A stretch of 64,000 bases of DNA from Candidatus Omnitrophota bacterium. GTDB taxonomy: Bacteria > Omnitrophota > Gorgyraeia > JAHJTE01. Made by a program: the position numbers and the translations under genes. The notes beneath the pieces were generated by a model, which saw nothing but the letters and a program-made list of their open reading frames with translations, did no database searches and was not told the origin of the DNA. Below, in pieces: positions 48,460-58,643 of this stretch. The stretch lies in contig JAHJTE010000002.1 in assembly GCA_018830005.1 (NCBI GenBank), positions 139,809 through 203,808 of the forward strand, given 5' to 3'. Every line of letters begins with the position of its first letter. The first letter of the stretch is position 1.

Positions 48460-49224
48460 TCATATTTTATTTCTCTTTATTAATAAATTCTTTAGTGTCT
48501 TATCTAATTTCTCAACATCAAGATTCTGCTCCAATCTGCCGTTAAGCGCTGAAGATACAACTCCTTTATTTTCAGAGACAACAATTACGACAGCATCGGT
48601 CTCTTCGGTTAAACCAATGGCAGCACGATGTCTTGTGCCTAGTGTAGGAGAAAGTCCTGGCTGTTGCGTTAAGGGAAAAAGACAAGAAGCAGCAATAATC
48701 CTGTTACCACTGATAACCACACCGCCATCGTGAAGTGGGGCGCCAGGAACAAAAATACTATTAAGTAATTCAGCGCTAATCATACTATCTAGGCGAATCC
48801 CGCTTTCTACAAATGTTTTTAATTTATGGTGTCTCTCTAAAGCAATGATTGCTCCAACATTCTCATAAGAAAACCTACGAATAGCCTTAATCAGCTCTTT
48901 AATCATCTCCTCTACCTCTTCTTCTTTTGGCGGCAAATGAAAGAGATGATGTTGTCCTAAGTGAGCAAGGCCTTGACGTAATTCTGGCTGAAACAAAATG
49001 ATCGTACCTATCAACCAAAATGCAAATAACTTAGTAAGCAACCATTCGATAGTAAGCAATCCAAGTCTTTGAGAAACAAAAAAGGCAATAATAAGAATAA
49101 TTATTCCTCTCAAGACATGGACAGCTCGCGTACCCTCAAAGAAAATAAGCATCCTGTAGAATATGAACCAAAGAATGCTGATTTCCAATATCGGGCGCCA
49201 CAATAAATTAACGTATTCTAACAT
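48460..49224 (-). CDS. cdaA: Diadenylate cyclase (membrane-anchored CdaA/DacA)
   Basis: Three N-terminal TM helices; DAC domain motifs DGGVVI and RHRAAIG. Confidence 0.85.
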   Translation of the reverse strand: MLEYVNLLWRPILEISILWFIFYRMLIFFEGTRAVHVLRGIIILIIAFFVSQRLGLLTIEWLLTKLFAFWLIGTIILFQPELRQGLAHLGQHHLFHLPPKEEEVEEMIKELIKAIRRFSYENVGAIIALERHHKLKTFVESGIRLDSMISAELLNSIFVPGAPLHDGGVVISGNRIIAASCLFPLTQQPGLSPTLGTRHRAAIGLTEETDAVVIVVSENKGVVSSALNGRLEQNLDVEKLDKTLKNLLIKRNKI

Positions 49225-49231
49225 AATCTGA

Positions 49232-50125
49232 CTAATTTAAAATTTTTGAATTCAAGATAGAATCACTCAAGCGCGCAACCTGCGCCATTTCTCTCACATC
49301 GTGCACCCGCACTATGTGTGCACCAGCACTTATTGCTAAGGCAACTGAAGCAGCTGTGCCAAAAATACGCTCTGTCTCGGCAACGTCTAGCACCTTGCCG
49401 ATAAATGATTTACGGGACGTGCCAATAAGAATAGGTCTTTTTAAAACTCTAAATTCTCCTAAGCAATTTAAGATCTCTAAATTCTGCTGGGTTGTCTTTG
49501 CAAAACCAATTCCCGGATCAATAATAAGACGCTTAAATCCTAGGCCTGCCTCTTGAGCACACTCAATAGCTTTCTTTAAATATCTTATAATATCGGGAAT
49601 TAATGACCTATATTTTGTAAATCTCTGCATGTCATTAGGAGTTCCTCTTATATGCATCAGGACTAAACTTGCAGCTTTCTTTGCACAAATCTTGGCTATT
49701 CTTTTATTGTAATCCGGATTTGCCCCCATGATATTATTTATAATTACAGCTCCAGAGTCAAGTGCAGCTTCTGCAACCTCACTTTTGTATGTATCTACGG
49801 ATACTGGAATTTTCAAAGATGCGCTGATCCTTTTTACCACCGGAACAATTCTTGCCAACTCTTCCTTAACTGATACTGGCCTTGCTCCTGGACGCGTTGA
49901 TTCTGCGCCAATATCAATTATATCTGCGCCATCATTAACCATTTTCCTGGCAAGCCGCAAGGCTCTATCAATTACCAAAGAACGTTTAAGTCCAGATTTA
50001 AACAAACCATCCTGGCTAAAGGAATCCCTAGTTAGATTGATAATGCCCATCACCAGGGTGCGCGAGCCAAGCGCTAGCTTAAATTTCCCAGCCGGCAGAG
50101 AAAAATGTCTTCTTGCAACTGACAT
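49232..50125 (-). CDS. folP: Dihydropteroate synthase
   Basis: Pterin-binding TIM-barrel motifs (GIINLTRDSFSQDG, GADIIDIG). Confidence 0.85.
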   Translation of the reverse strand: MSVARRHFSLPAGKFKLALGSRTLVMGIINLTRDSFSQDGLFKSGLKRSLVIDRALRLARKMVNDGADIIDIGAESTRPGARPVSVKEELARIVPVVKRISASLKIPVSVDTYKSEVAEAALDSGAVIINNIMGANPDYNKRIAKICAKKAASLVLMHIRGTPNDMQRFTKYRSLIPDIIRYLKKAIECAQEAGLGFKRLIIDPGIGFAKTTQQNLEILNCLGEFRVLKRPILIGTSRKSFIGKVLDVAETERIFGTAASVALAISAGAHIVRVHDVREMAQVARLSDSILNSKILN

Positions 50126-52054
50126 CTAATTCTTTTTACTAGAAGATTCTTCCTTAGTATCCTTCGCAAAGATTCCGAGCAACTTCTTAACCTCCTCAAC
50201 TTCCAAGACTTCCTTCTCAAGCAATGTCGAGGCTAGAAGCTTTAACTTATCTTTATTTTTTTCTAATGTCTCCTTTGCAACATTATATCTATCTTCTACA
50301 AACTTTTTTATCTCTTTATCAATTTCTTTTGCAGTATCCTCAGAATAATTACGTTCCTCAGTCAAATCCTTGCCTAAAAATAGCAATCCTTTTCTGCGTC
50401 CAAATGTAATATGGCCAAGTTTATCACTCATACCGAATTCACAAACCATGCGCCTGGCAAGTGCTGTGGCAACCTCTAAATCATTTTCCGCACCAGTGGT
50501 GATTTCACCAAATGCCATCTCTTCGCTACAGCGACCTCCCAAAAGAACAGTCATCCTCGCCAAAAGTTCAGATTTTGTCATGATATATCTATCCTGCAGG
50601 GGAAGCTGCATCGTATATCCTAAGGCTGCTGTGCCGCGCGGAATAATCGAAACCTTGTGCAAGGGGTCAACATCAGGAGTCAAAAGCGATAAAAGGGCAT
50701 GCCCAGCCTCATGATAAGCAACAATCTCCTTTTCCTTCTTTGAAATCACACGGCTCTTTCTCTGCGGCCCGGCAATAACCCTCTCTATGGACTCCTGCAG
50801 CTCTGGCATATTCACCTTATCTTTATTCCTGCGCGCTGCCAATAAAGCTGCCTCATTACATAGATTAGCTAAATCTGCGCCTGAAAAACCCGGCGTCTGA
50901 CGCGCTATAGAATCTAAATTAACACTTTCATCTAGTTTAATGTTACGAACATGAATCTTGAGAATCGCGTTTCTTCCTTTTATATCAGGCCGATCAATTA
51001 CAATCTGTCGATCAAATCTTCCTGGTCTAAGCAAGGCCGGATCTAAGGTATCAGGACGATTAGTTGCTGCAACAAGAATCAAACCTTCCTGGGGAGAAAA
51101 TCCATCCATTTCTACAAGTAAGGCATTAAGTGTTTGCTCGCGTTCGTCATGGCCACCGCCAATACCTGAAAAACGTAAACGTCCCACAGCATCAATCTCG
51201 TCAATAAAAATAATACATCCTTTTCCACCCATCTTTGCTGCAGCTCTTCCTTGTTCAAAGAGGTCCCTGACCCTGCTAGCCCCCACACCAACAAACATCT
51301 CAACAAAATCAGAACCGCTTATTGAAAAGAAAGGAGCACTAGCTTCCCCCGCTACAGCCTTGGCCAAAAGTGTTTTTCCGCATCCCGGAGGACCAACAAG
51401 CAAAACTCCTTTAGGAATCTTACCGCCTAACTTCTGAAATTTCTTAGGGTCTTTAAGGAATTCAATAATCTCTGTCAGTTCCTCTTCAGCCTCATCAACG
51501 CCAGCAACATCATTAAACGTAGTCTTATTATTTTTTAAATCCGGGGCTGGCTTTGCCTTAACCTTTCCAAAAGACCAAAGACGACTACCCATCTGATTCC
51601 CGCGATAAGCAAAATACCACAAGAAAAGTATAAAAAGAATCATTGGCCCCAAGGAATAAAAAATATTTGCTAATAATGTCCGGGACGGTTTTACTTCAAA
51701 ATCACTTACATTCTCACGAATAAGAGGGATAAGGCTTTCATCCTGTTCTGGAATAAATAGAGAAAACTGTAAGCCATCTGAAAATTGACCTTGAATCCTG
51801 CTCTCCTCAAGCGTTAAGACTAAACTTTTAATCTTACGCGTTTGTGCATTATCCTTTAGAGTTTCATAAAACTGGCTGTAGGTTAAAGCCTGGGGAGCAT
51901 TAGTTATAGCAAGCGGGATCTTTGCTGAAATATAAAAGAGTAATAGGAAAAACATAATCCAGAAAAAAACCGGATTAAAAAATGGACTCTTTTTTTCTGG
52001 CTTTCCTTCTTTCTTCATCTGTCTCTTTAATTTTTTCTGTGGTAAAATGTCCAT
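50126..52054 (-). CDS. ftsH: ATP-dependent zinc metalloprotease FtsH
   Basis: AAA Walker A GPPGCGKT, second region of homology, HEAGH zinc site, N-terminal TM. Confidence 0.95.
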   Translation of the reverse strand: MDILPQKKLKRQMKKEGKPEKKSPFFNPVFFWIMFFLLLFYISAKIPLAITNAPQALTYSQFYETLKDNAQTRKIKSLVLTLEESRIQGQFSDGLQFSLFIPEQDESLIPLIRENVSDFEVKPSRTLLANIFYSLGPMILFILFLWYFAYRGNQMGSRLWSFGKVKAKPAPDLKNNKTTFNDVAGVDEAEEELTEIIEFLKDPKKFQKLGGKIPKGVLLVGPPGCGKTLLAKAVAGEASAPFFSISGSDFVEMFVGVGASRVRDLFEQGRAAAKMGGKGCIIFIDEIDAVGRLRFSGIGGGHDEREQTLNALLVEMDGFSPQEGLILVAATNRPDTLDPALLRPGRFDRQIVIDRPDIKGRNAILKIHVRNIKLDESVNLDSIARQTPGFSGADLANLCNEAALLAARRNKDKVNMPELQESIERVIAGPQRKSRVISKKEKEIVAYHEAGHALLSLLTPDVDPLHKVSIIPRGTAALGYTMQLPLQDRYIMTKSELLARMTVLLGGRCSEEMAFGEITTGAENDLEVATALARRMVCEFGMSDKLGHITFGRRKGLLFLGKDLTEERNYSEDTAKEIDKEIKKFVEDRYNVAKETLEKNKDKLKLLASTLLEKEVLEVEEVKKLLGIFAKDTKEESSSKKN

Positions 52055-52096
52055 AACTGCCTCAAATTAATAATTATATACCATTAAGAATAAAAA

Positions 52097-53092
52097 TCAA
52101 TACTTTCTTGTATATAGCCTTAGTCTGTCTTTGTCTTTTCTGACTGAAAGACTCTTTGGTAAATCCACAATTGAGCCTTCTATTCTATTAAGAAGCAAAT
52201 CCTCAATCTCGCGCCAATGCCGATAATCAAACTTACGAGTTGTGCCTAGAATTCTCTCTATGCATAAACGCAGTACCATTCTCTGCATAGAGATATGTAA
52301 TTTAGATAACTTTTTTAAATCCAAAGAAAGTCTCTTTCCTCTGTTAGAAATAAGAACCCGCTTCATCTGTCTTCTGGCAACATCAGTTAGATATTCATAA
52401 TCAAAAGAGATAACCTCAGAAAGATTTGCCAAAGACAAACGAGTACTTTTATTAAAATCAGATTCCAAAAACGGAATAAGTCTATTGCGAATTCTATTTC
52501 TAAAGAATTTAGGGTCTAGATTAGAGGCATCAAGGCAGGCCTTAACTTTTATACGCTTAAGATAAGAATCTATATCCTTCCTTAAAATCTCAATTAACGG
52601 CCTGACAAAGAACAATTCCCCAATCAATCTAACAGGACGGATTGCCCCCAGCCCATAAAGTCCGCTACCGCGGATAATGCGCATCAGCACCGTCTCTGCC
52701 TGATCATCTCTATTATGACCCAGGGCAATCTTATTAAGAGAATATTTCCTAGCAATATCTCTGAAAAATTTATGACGCGTATTACGGCTAACCTCCTCCA
52801 AAGAACCTTTTTTCCTAAAAGAGACGACATTAACACTTTTACAATAACAGGGAATATTTAATTTTTTTGCGATTTGTTTTACAAATTCCATATCGCGCTC
52901 AGCCTCACTCCTGCGCAACATATGATTTAGATGGGCAATATACAAAGTTATTTTGAGTTCTTTTTTTAAAGAATTCAATACGTAAATAAGAGCAACAGAA
53001 TCCGGACCGCCCGATACCCCAACCAGGACCTTATCCTGCTTTTTAAACATTTTAAATCTCTTTATTGTTGTCCTGACTTTATTTAACATCAT
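52097..53092 (-). CDS. tilS: tRNA(Ile)-lysidine synthetase
   Basis: PP-loop SGGPDS (VLVGVSGGPDSVAL); 331 aa. Confidence 0.85.
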   Translation of the reverse strand: MMLNKVRTTIKRFKMFKKQDKVLVGVSGGPDSVALIYVLNSLKKELKITLYIAHLNHMLRRSEAERDMEFVKQIAKKLNIPCYCKSVNVVSFRKKGSLEEVSRNTRHKFFRDIARKYSLNKIALGHNRDDQAETVLMRIIRGSGLYGLGAIRPVRLIGELFFVRPLIEILRKDIDSYLKRIKVKACLDASNLDPKFFRNRIRNRLIPFLESDFNKSTRLSLANLSEVISFDYEYLTDVARRQMKRVLISNRGKRLSLDLKKLSKLHISMQRMVLRLCIERILGTTRKFDYRHWREIEDLLLNRIEGSIVDLPKSLSVRKDKDRLRLYTRKY

Positions 53093-53987
53093 ATCTTAAG
53101 AAATTATAACCTTTGATTATACTATCACAAATCATCTGGACTAAATTGGAGAATTCTCCCATATCGCCTCTGCCCAAAGCAAAGTAGTATTTATAACGAT
53201 CTTCTATCTTTATAATCGCAGGTGGATAACCCTTGGATAATAACTGCGTAATAAGAATCAACCTTCCCACCCTTCCATTACCATCAAAAAAAGGATGGAT
53301 ACTTTCAAATTCGTAATGGTCACTTGCTACCTTACCAATAACATCCTTGCCATATTTATTGACCTTGGACACAAACTTTTTCATCCTCACAGGAACCATT
53401 TGCGCGGATGGAAGCGCTTTTTCTGTATTAATAAGATTAACAAATCCTGTTCTGTATTTTCCGGGAAGTTTATCGTTAAAATTATACATAACTATTGAAT
53501 GAAGCTTTAATATGTAGTCTTCATTAATCTTAAAGCTTGGCTTTATTGCATCCAGCAGAAAATTTAAAGCGTTATTATGATTTACTGCCTCTAAGACCTC
53601 AAAAAGCTCTTTTCCCCTTACCTTTCCTCCCTTAATCGCGGTTTCTGTCTCTTTAAGGCTCATGCGACTTCCCTCAATTGCATTGGAATGATAGGTCATC
53701 TCCAGAAAAAACCTTTCCTTCAAGGCCTTATTATTCCTTAGAATTTTTATAGGCTGGCTTAAATCATGCTTTAATTTTACAACCAACTCCCTTAAATCAA
53801 TGTGTTCCTTAAATAATTCATCGATTCTTCGGGATTGGCCAGGATGTGGGTTAATACCCTTATCCAGCCAGCGATAAACTGTCTTATAGCTGACTTCAAC
53901 AAGCTTAGCCAATTGAGACCGAGACATCCTGGTCTCTTCTAAGATTCGCCTTAATTTCTGCCTATCTTCAATAATAACCTTTTTCAT
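53079..53987 (-). CDS. fic: Fic-family protein (AMPylation/Fido domain) with N-terminal HTH
   Basis: Canonical Fic motif HPFFDGNGRVGR; N-terminal HTH (MSRSQLAKLVEVSYKTVYRWL). Confidence 0.85.
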   Translation of the reverse strand: MKKVIIEDRQKLRRILEETRMSRSQLAKLVEVSYKTVYRWLDKGINPHPGQSRRIDELFKEHIDLRELVVKLKHDLSQPIKILRNNKALKERFFLEMTYHSNAIEGSRMSLKETETAIKGGKVRGKELFEVLEAVNHNNALNFLLDAIKPSFKINEDYILKLHSIVMYNFNDKLPGKYRTGFVNLINTEKALPSAQMVPVRMKKFVSKVNKYGKDVIGKVASDHYEFESIHPFFDGNGRVGRLILITQLLSKGYPPAIIKIEDRYKYYFALGRGDMGEFSNLVQMICDSIIKGYNFLRYDVK

Positions 53988-54000
53988 CTTTATTTAAAAT

Positions 54001-54026
54001 AATAATAGGACATATGTCCTATTATT
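54001..54026. promoter_or_regulatory. Perfect 26-bp palindrome AATAATAGGACATATGTCCTATTATT upstream of fic (candidate operator), with a related half-site at 54045..54060
   Basis: Seen directly; lies 14 bp upstream of the fic start codon. Confidence 0.6.
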
Positions 54027-54073
54027 ATACCTAACAAAATTATACCATATGTCCTAATGGAATACAAGCCCTG

Positions 54074-54150
54074 TTTTTTATTTTGGTGGCGGGGGAGAGA
54101 TTTAAACTCTCGGCCAATCGGGTATGAGCCGACTGCTCTATCAGGCTGAG
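54074..54150 (-). tRNA. tRNA with anticodon CAT (elongator Met or Ile2/lysidine type), CCA encoded; non-canonical A19:U56
   Basis: Acceptor GGCGGGG/CCCCGCC, D-stem GCTC/GAGC with D-loop AGCCTGATA, anticodon stem GTCGG/CCGAT with loop CUCAUAC, T-stem GAGAG/CTCTC with loop TTTAAAT. 77 nt. Confidence 0.75.
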
Positions 54151-54174
54151 CTACCCCGCCATTGTTGGCTATAT

Positions 54175-54993
54175 TTACTTCTTCCGGTATGCGCTCAAGA
54201 AGGAATCGCAGTATATATGTTTATTGAGCAGTAGATCAGAGGTTATTACTGCATCCATGAGTTCCTTATCTAAAGGATCAACGATAGCTGCATCCAGGCC
54301 GTAACCAATTGCCATAGTTAGAAAAACCCTGTTTATAATATTCCTCTGGCAGCTACCCTGGCTAACATTACTTAAACCCACAACTGTCTTGGGAGCAGGA
54401 TCGGAAATCACCTTAAATTCATGCAAAACCTCTAAAATCATTTTAAGCTGGGGTTGAGCAACATTGACCGGTAAAACTATTGGATCTAGATATATGTTAT
54501 TAATATTAAAATCTTTCTCTTGTGCAAAGGCTAGTATCTGTGCTGCCAATTCTAAACGCCTGTCCTTATCTTGCGGTACTCCTTTTTTGTCCATTGTAAG
54601 GGCAATTAAAGAGGCATTGTACTTCTTGGCCATGTTTACATAAATTTCAAGACGCTCTGGGTCTGCGCTTGTGGAATTAATAATCGCCTTACCCTTTATG
54701 AGCTCAAGACCTGCCTGAATAACATTTGGCTTAGTACTATCAATGGCAAGCGGCAAATTAGAGCCCTTCTGAATAGCGCTCACTAACCACTTCATATCAC
54801 TAACCGGATCCTTGGATAACGGTCCGCAGTTAACATCAAGGGCATTAGCGCCTTCTGCCTCTTGCTGTTTAGCCAAATTAATAATAGCCTGCTCATCCTT
54901 TTTCGAAAGTGCCTCTTGCACGTTTTTATACATTCCGTTGATTAATTCACCAATTATAAACATAGCCCTATTTCTCCATAAGTTTGTCAACAA
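54175..54993 (-). CDS. acsE: Methyltetrahydrofolate:corrinoid/iron-sulfur protein methyltransferase (MeTr)
   Basis: Pterin-binding domain matching the Moorella AcsE pattern (IIGELINGM..., DPAPKTVVGLSNVSQG, YCDSFL). Confidence 0.8.
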   Translation of the reverse strand: MLTNLWRNRAMFIIGELINGMYKNVQEALSKKDEQAIINLAKQQEAEGANALDVNCGPLSKDPVSDMKWLVSAIQKGSNLPLAIDSTKPNVIQAGLELIKGKAIINSTSADPERLEIYVNMAKKYNASLIALTMDKKGVPQDKDRRLELAAQILAFAQEKDFNINNIYLDPIVLPVNVAQPQLKMILEVLHEFKVISDPAPKTVVGLSNVSQGSCQRNIINRVFLTMAIGYGLDAAIVDPLDKELMDAVITSDLLLNKHIYCDSFLSAYRKK

Positions 54994-55933
54994 ATTCTTG
55001 AACTGATTTAACTGCCTGAGGATGGCGCATAACCAAAAGGTCTGCTCCAGCCTGTAAAAAAGTAGAGGCAGTCAATGCCTCCCAGAGCAGGCCGCGTTCT
55101 GTTTGAGATCCCCATTCAGGAACCTCATCGCTGGTTGCCTTTGCCTCTTTTGCCCTCCAGGCCTCCTGACCAACTAAACAAACAAAAGGCATGGCAAGCA
55201 TTGTATCGCCGGCTAAAGCAGCTAATCTTGCACGCTCCATAATCGAATAAGCATATTCTAAGCCATATCCAAGGGCGCCTACAGTTGGATTAATTACAAT
55301 ACGCTCAGCCGGGAATCCCATATCCGAAATCAAGATATTAAGCTGTTTAGCAATATTGATATCAATGGGTGATTGGGCAATAATGCTGTGACCGTCAGCC
55401 AAAAGCGAAACAACTAAGGTCTTATAATTATCCTGGACTGCCTCGCCAAATAATAACCGCTCTCCCTTTGTAGCCTCAGAGATCTTTGGCAAGACCTCGT
55501 TATCTTTAACCTCATCGTTACAACCTAAGATAATTAATGGTAAGTCCACGGTCTTTAATAAATCCTGAACTAATTTTACAATGCTATCAGCTGGTTTGTT
55601 TCCATTATCAGGATGAATGCCAGCTAAACGCAAGGCCAAGCCCTTAGCCTGAAACTTTTCTTTGCAGACCTTAGCCCATTCTAGTGTGTTTTTCAGGATA
55701 CCTGCATCATACTGGGCCTTTAAACTATCTGGCCAGTCTGGTTCAATATCCCAGATCTCAAAAACCAGCTGGGGCTGATGCGGCATCTTTGTCTCCTGAT
55801 GCAGAAAGGACAGGCCGGTTTCGCCTCCCACTGTAATCGTAGAACCCCGGCTGCCTCCTTCTTGTTTTGTGGCTCCGATAGTAACCGTATTAATGCTGCT
55901 TGACCAAGTTTCTTTAATTAGCTCTAAAGCCAT
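54968..55933 (-). CDS. acsD: Corrinoid iron-sulfur protein small subunit (CFeSP delta)
   Basis: 321 aa TIM-barrel subunit located between cooC and acsE, as in acetogen acs clusters. Confidence 0.7.
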   Translation of the reverse strand: MALELIKETWSSSINTVTIGATKQEGGSRGSTITVGGETGLSFLHQETKMPHQPQLVFEIWDIEPDWPDSLKAQYDAGILKNTLEWAKVCKEKFQAKGLALRLAGIHPDNGNKPADSIVKLVQDLLKTVDLPLIILGCNDEVKDNEVLPKISEATKGERLLFGEAVQDNYKTLVVSLLADGHSIIAQSPIDINIAKQLNILISDMGFPAERIVINPTVGALGYGLEYAYSIMERARLAALAGDTMLAMPFVCLVGQEAWRAKEAKATSDEVPEWGSQTERGLLWEALTASTFLQAGADLLVMRHPQAVKSVQEFVDKLMEK

Positions 55934-56672
55934 GATCTCTCTTAAACGCCTCCATTTTTTTTAAAAGCCTTGATTCCTTACTAAGCTTAAAAACAGATTC
56001 ACCTTTAATACTTAAATCAAGCACTTCATCATCAAAGGGTAATTGATAAATCTTATCAAAATGAACTTGAGTCAGCTCCTCAGACAAAACTAGGTTATCC
56101 CTTGCCCTGTTAATTAAAAGAAATGTCTTATCAAACTTAAATTCCAACTCATCAGCCAATTTTTTAATCCTGGCAGCTGAATGCATGCCAACTACTGTTG
56201 CATCACTTACTAAAATAAAATAATCAGCTGCCCTTGTAGTTCGGCGGGATAAATGTTCCATGCCTGCCTCATTATCAATAACGCAGAAATTATACTGATT
56301 TATAATTCTTCCAATTGTATCCCTGAGGAGATTATTAGCATAGCAGTAACACCCGGGCCCCTCAGGTCTTCCCATGCTCAATAAATCAAAACCGCTATTT
56401 TCAACAAGCGAATGTTCGATCTCTAGTTCCAGGAAATCCTTTTTGGTCATACCGGGGGGTACTGATTGAGGATTTTTAGCTACAGAATCAATCAATTCGC
56501 CTATAGAAGTGCCTGCAGTTATACCTAATACTTCACCCAGATTACTGTTCGGATCAGCATCAATTGCCAAGGCTGAACCTAATTTATCGGCAATAATTAT
56601 TTTTAATATAACTGCCGCTATAGTAGTTTTTCCTGTGCCGCCTTTTCCAGCAACAGCAATGGTAAACGCCAT
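55914..56672 (-). CDS. cooC: CooC/AcsF-type P-loop ATPase (Ni-insertion maturation factor)
   Basis: MAFTIAVAGKGGTGKTT deviant Walker A of the MinD/CooC family. Confidence 0.75.
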   Translation of the reverse strand: MAFTIAVAGKGGTGKTTIAAVILKIIIADKLGSALAIDADPNSNLGEVLGITAGTSIGELIDSVAKNPQSVPPGMTKKDFLELEIEHSLVENSGFDLLSMGRPEGPGCYCYANNLLRDTIGRIINQYNFCVIDNEAGMEHLSRRTTRAADYFILVSDATVVGMHSAARIKKLADELEFKFDKTFLLINRARDNLVLSEELTQVHFDKIYQLPFDDEVLDLSIKGESVFKLSKESRLLKKMEAFKRDHGFRAN

Positions 56673-56692
56673 AAGCCCTTTATCAATCTTGT

Positions 56693-58627
56693 TTATAATT
56701 TAAAACTGGGAAACTTACTCCTATCTGTATGAGGAAAAAACAAAGCTGCCATATATTCATCCATATATGTATCTTCAACAGAAAGTTCAAAATAGGTTAC
56801 TTTTCTGGCAAGTTCCTCAGCCTGATTCAAGGCCTGGCTCGATAGTAAAATCGCCCTTGCCCCGGCTAAAGAACTGTTTCCTACAAATTCAAATCTTTCT
56901 AGTTTAAGGTCTGGCAACAAACCTATGGTAATTGCCTTTTTTATATCCAGATACGTACCAAAACCTCCTGCAATAAATATTTTCTTTATTGCGCTCATTT
57001 CAAAGCCCATATGTCTGACTAAGGTGCTTGAAGCAGCAAATATGGCTGCCTTTGAGCGCTTTAAATTATCTATATCTCCTTCCGTAATTATAATATCATT
57101 ACCTGTAGCAGATTTTTTCTTGTCCACAACGATAAAAGACTTCCCTGTCTGGGTTGACTTTATTAAACCTGGGGCCTTTTTTTCGATTATACTGCCTGAA
57201 CTATCAATGATGCCGCTAGATAGCATTTCTGCAAGTAAATCAATGTAGCCTGAGCCGCAGATACCGAGAGGCTTACCGCCAAGTATGGTAGAACATTTCA
57301 CATTATGAGTCTTTTTGTTGATGGATACTCTCTCGATAGCACCTTTGGTTGCCCTCATACCGCAAGATACACCACTACCTTCAAATGCCGGACCAGCGCT
57401 GGCTGCACAAGCAACCAACCAATCTTTATTACCTAAAACAATCTCGCCGTTAGTGCCAACATCAATCAAAAGTGACAGATCTTTACTTTTATCTATGCCG
57501 CAAGCTAAAATCCCAGAAACTATATCTCCACCCACATAGCTTGCGATCGAAGGTACAGTGGCTAATAAGCCACGCGGGTTTATCTTTATGCCTGCCTCAG
57601 AAGCCCTAATTACAGGCACAAAATTTGCAGTAGGAATATAAGGCTCCCGCCTTATGTATGTGGGATCAATCCTTAAAAGCAAATGCATCATTGTTGGATT
57701 ACCAGCACAGAGACAACAGGTAACGTTGTTTAAATCAATATCATTTTCAAAAGTTAGCTGGCGTATCATATCATTCATTACATCAATGACAGCATGATGA
57801 AGCCTTTCTAGGCCTTCAGACTTTTGGGCAAAGATTATGCGCGAAATTATATCTGTACCAAAACTGGCCTGCCGGTTATAAGAGGCCTTTGTGCCTAAGA
57901 TCTTTTTTGTGTTAAGATCAACTAATTGGCCGGATACAGTTGTTGTGCCGATGTCAAAAGCAAAACCATAGTTTTTATCAGAAGTGTCTCCGGGTTGGAT
58001 GAGAACCACCTCTGTCGTGCCTCCCCGCTTACCCAGTGTTACTGTAACATGCCAGTTTGCCGAACGTAATATCATACCTAATCTTCTGATATTGGTAAGG
58101 CCTGCCTGCATAATCTTTAAATCTTCTCGTTTTCTTATTTCTCTGTACAACCTCTCTAAATCACTTACCTTATCTTGCAGATCTGGTGGCTCTAACTTAA
58201 GCGATAATTTTGTGGCCAAAGGTGAATGAGCAAAAATATCCTCTCTAACAAATAAATGGGCCTTGTCAATATCCTCGGCCTTGCTGTAAACCCCTTTTAA
58301 TCGCTGGGCATAGGCCTCTTCTTCGGAAACCAACTCAGATTCAAGGCGAGACTCAACAGGTATCTCTACCGTAATATCACTTTTAATGACTGAAAGGCAT
58401 GCCAGGCAATAACCTTTTTGCCTTTCTTCTTTTTTAATCCTTCCGGAAGCTGCAGACTGAACATTGCCTTTTTTTACGATAACCTTACAGCGGCCACAAA
58501 CGCCTTCTCCACCGCAGCTTGAATGCAGATAGACACCTGCAGAAACCGCAGCATCAAGGATAGTCTTACCCTTGGGCACGTTTATCGTTATTTTATCTGG
58601 CAAAAATCTAACCTTAACTTCTTCCAT
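56693..58627 (-). CDS. Reductive activator of corrinoid Fe-S protein (RACo): 2Fe-2S ferredoxin plus ASKHA ATPase
   Basis: N-terminal plant-type ferredoxin Cys motif (SSCGGEGVCGRCKV ... CLAC) and a C-terminal ASKHA-fold domain; 644 aa. Confidence 0.75.
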   Translation of the reverse strand: MEEVKVRFLPDKITINVPKGKTILDAAVSAGVYLHSSCGGEGVCGRCKVIVKKGNVQSAASGRIKKEERQKGYCLACLSVIKSDITVEIPVESRLESELVSEEEAYAQRLKGVYSKAEDIDKAHLFVREDIFAHSPLATKLSLKLEPPDLQDKVSDLERLYREIRKREDLKIMQAGLTNIRRLGMILRSANWHVTVTLGKRGGTTEVVLIQPGDTSDKNYGFAFDIGTTTVSGQLVDLNTKKILGTKASYNRQASFGTDIISRIIFAQKSEGLERLHHAVIDVMNDMIRQLTFENDIDLNNVTCCLCAGNPTMMHLLLRIDPTYIRREPYIPTANFVPVIRASEAGIKINPRGLLATVPSIASYVGGDIVSGILACGIDKSKDLSLLIDVGTNGEIVLGNKDWLVACAASAGPAFEGSGVSCGMRATKGAIERVSINKKTHNVKCSTILGGKPLGICGSGYIDLLAEMLSSGIIDSSGSIIEKKAPGLIKSTQTGKSFIVVDKKKSATGNDIIITEGDIDNLKRSKAAIFAASSTLVRHMGFEMSAIKKIFIAGGFGTYLDIKKAITIGLLPDLKLERFEFVGNSSLAGARAILLSSQALNQAEELARKVTYFELSVEDTYMDEYMAALFFPHTDRSKFPSFKL

Positions 58628-58643
58628 TTCCTTGTGCCTATAC

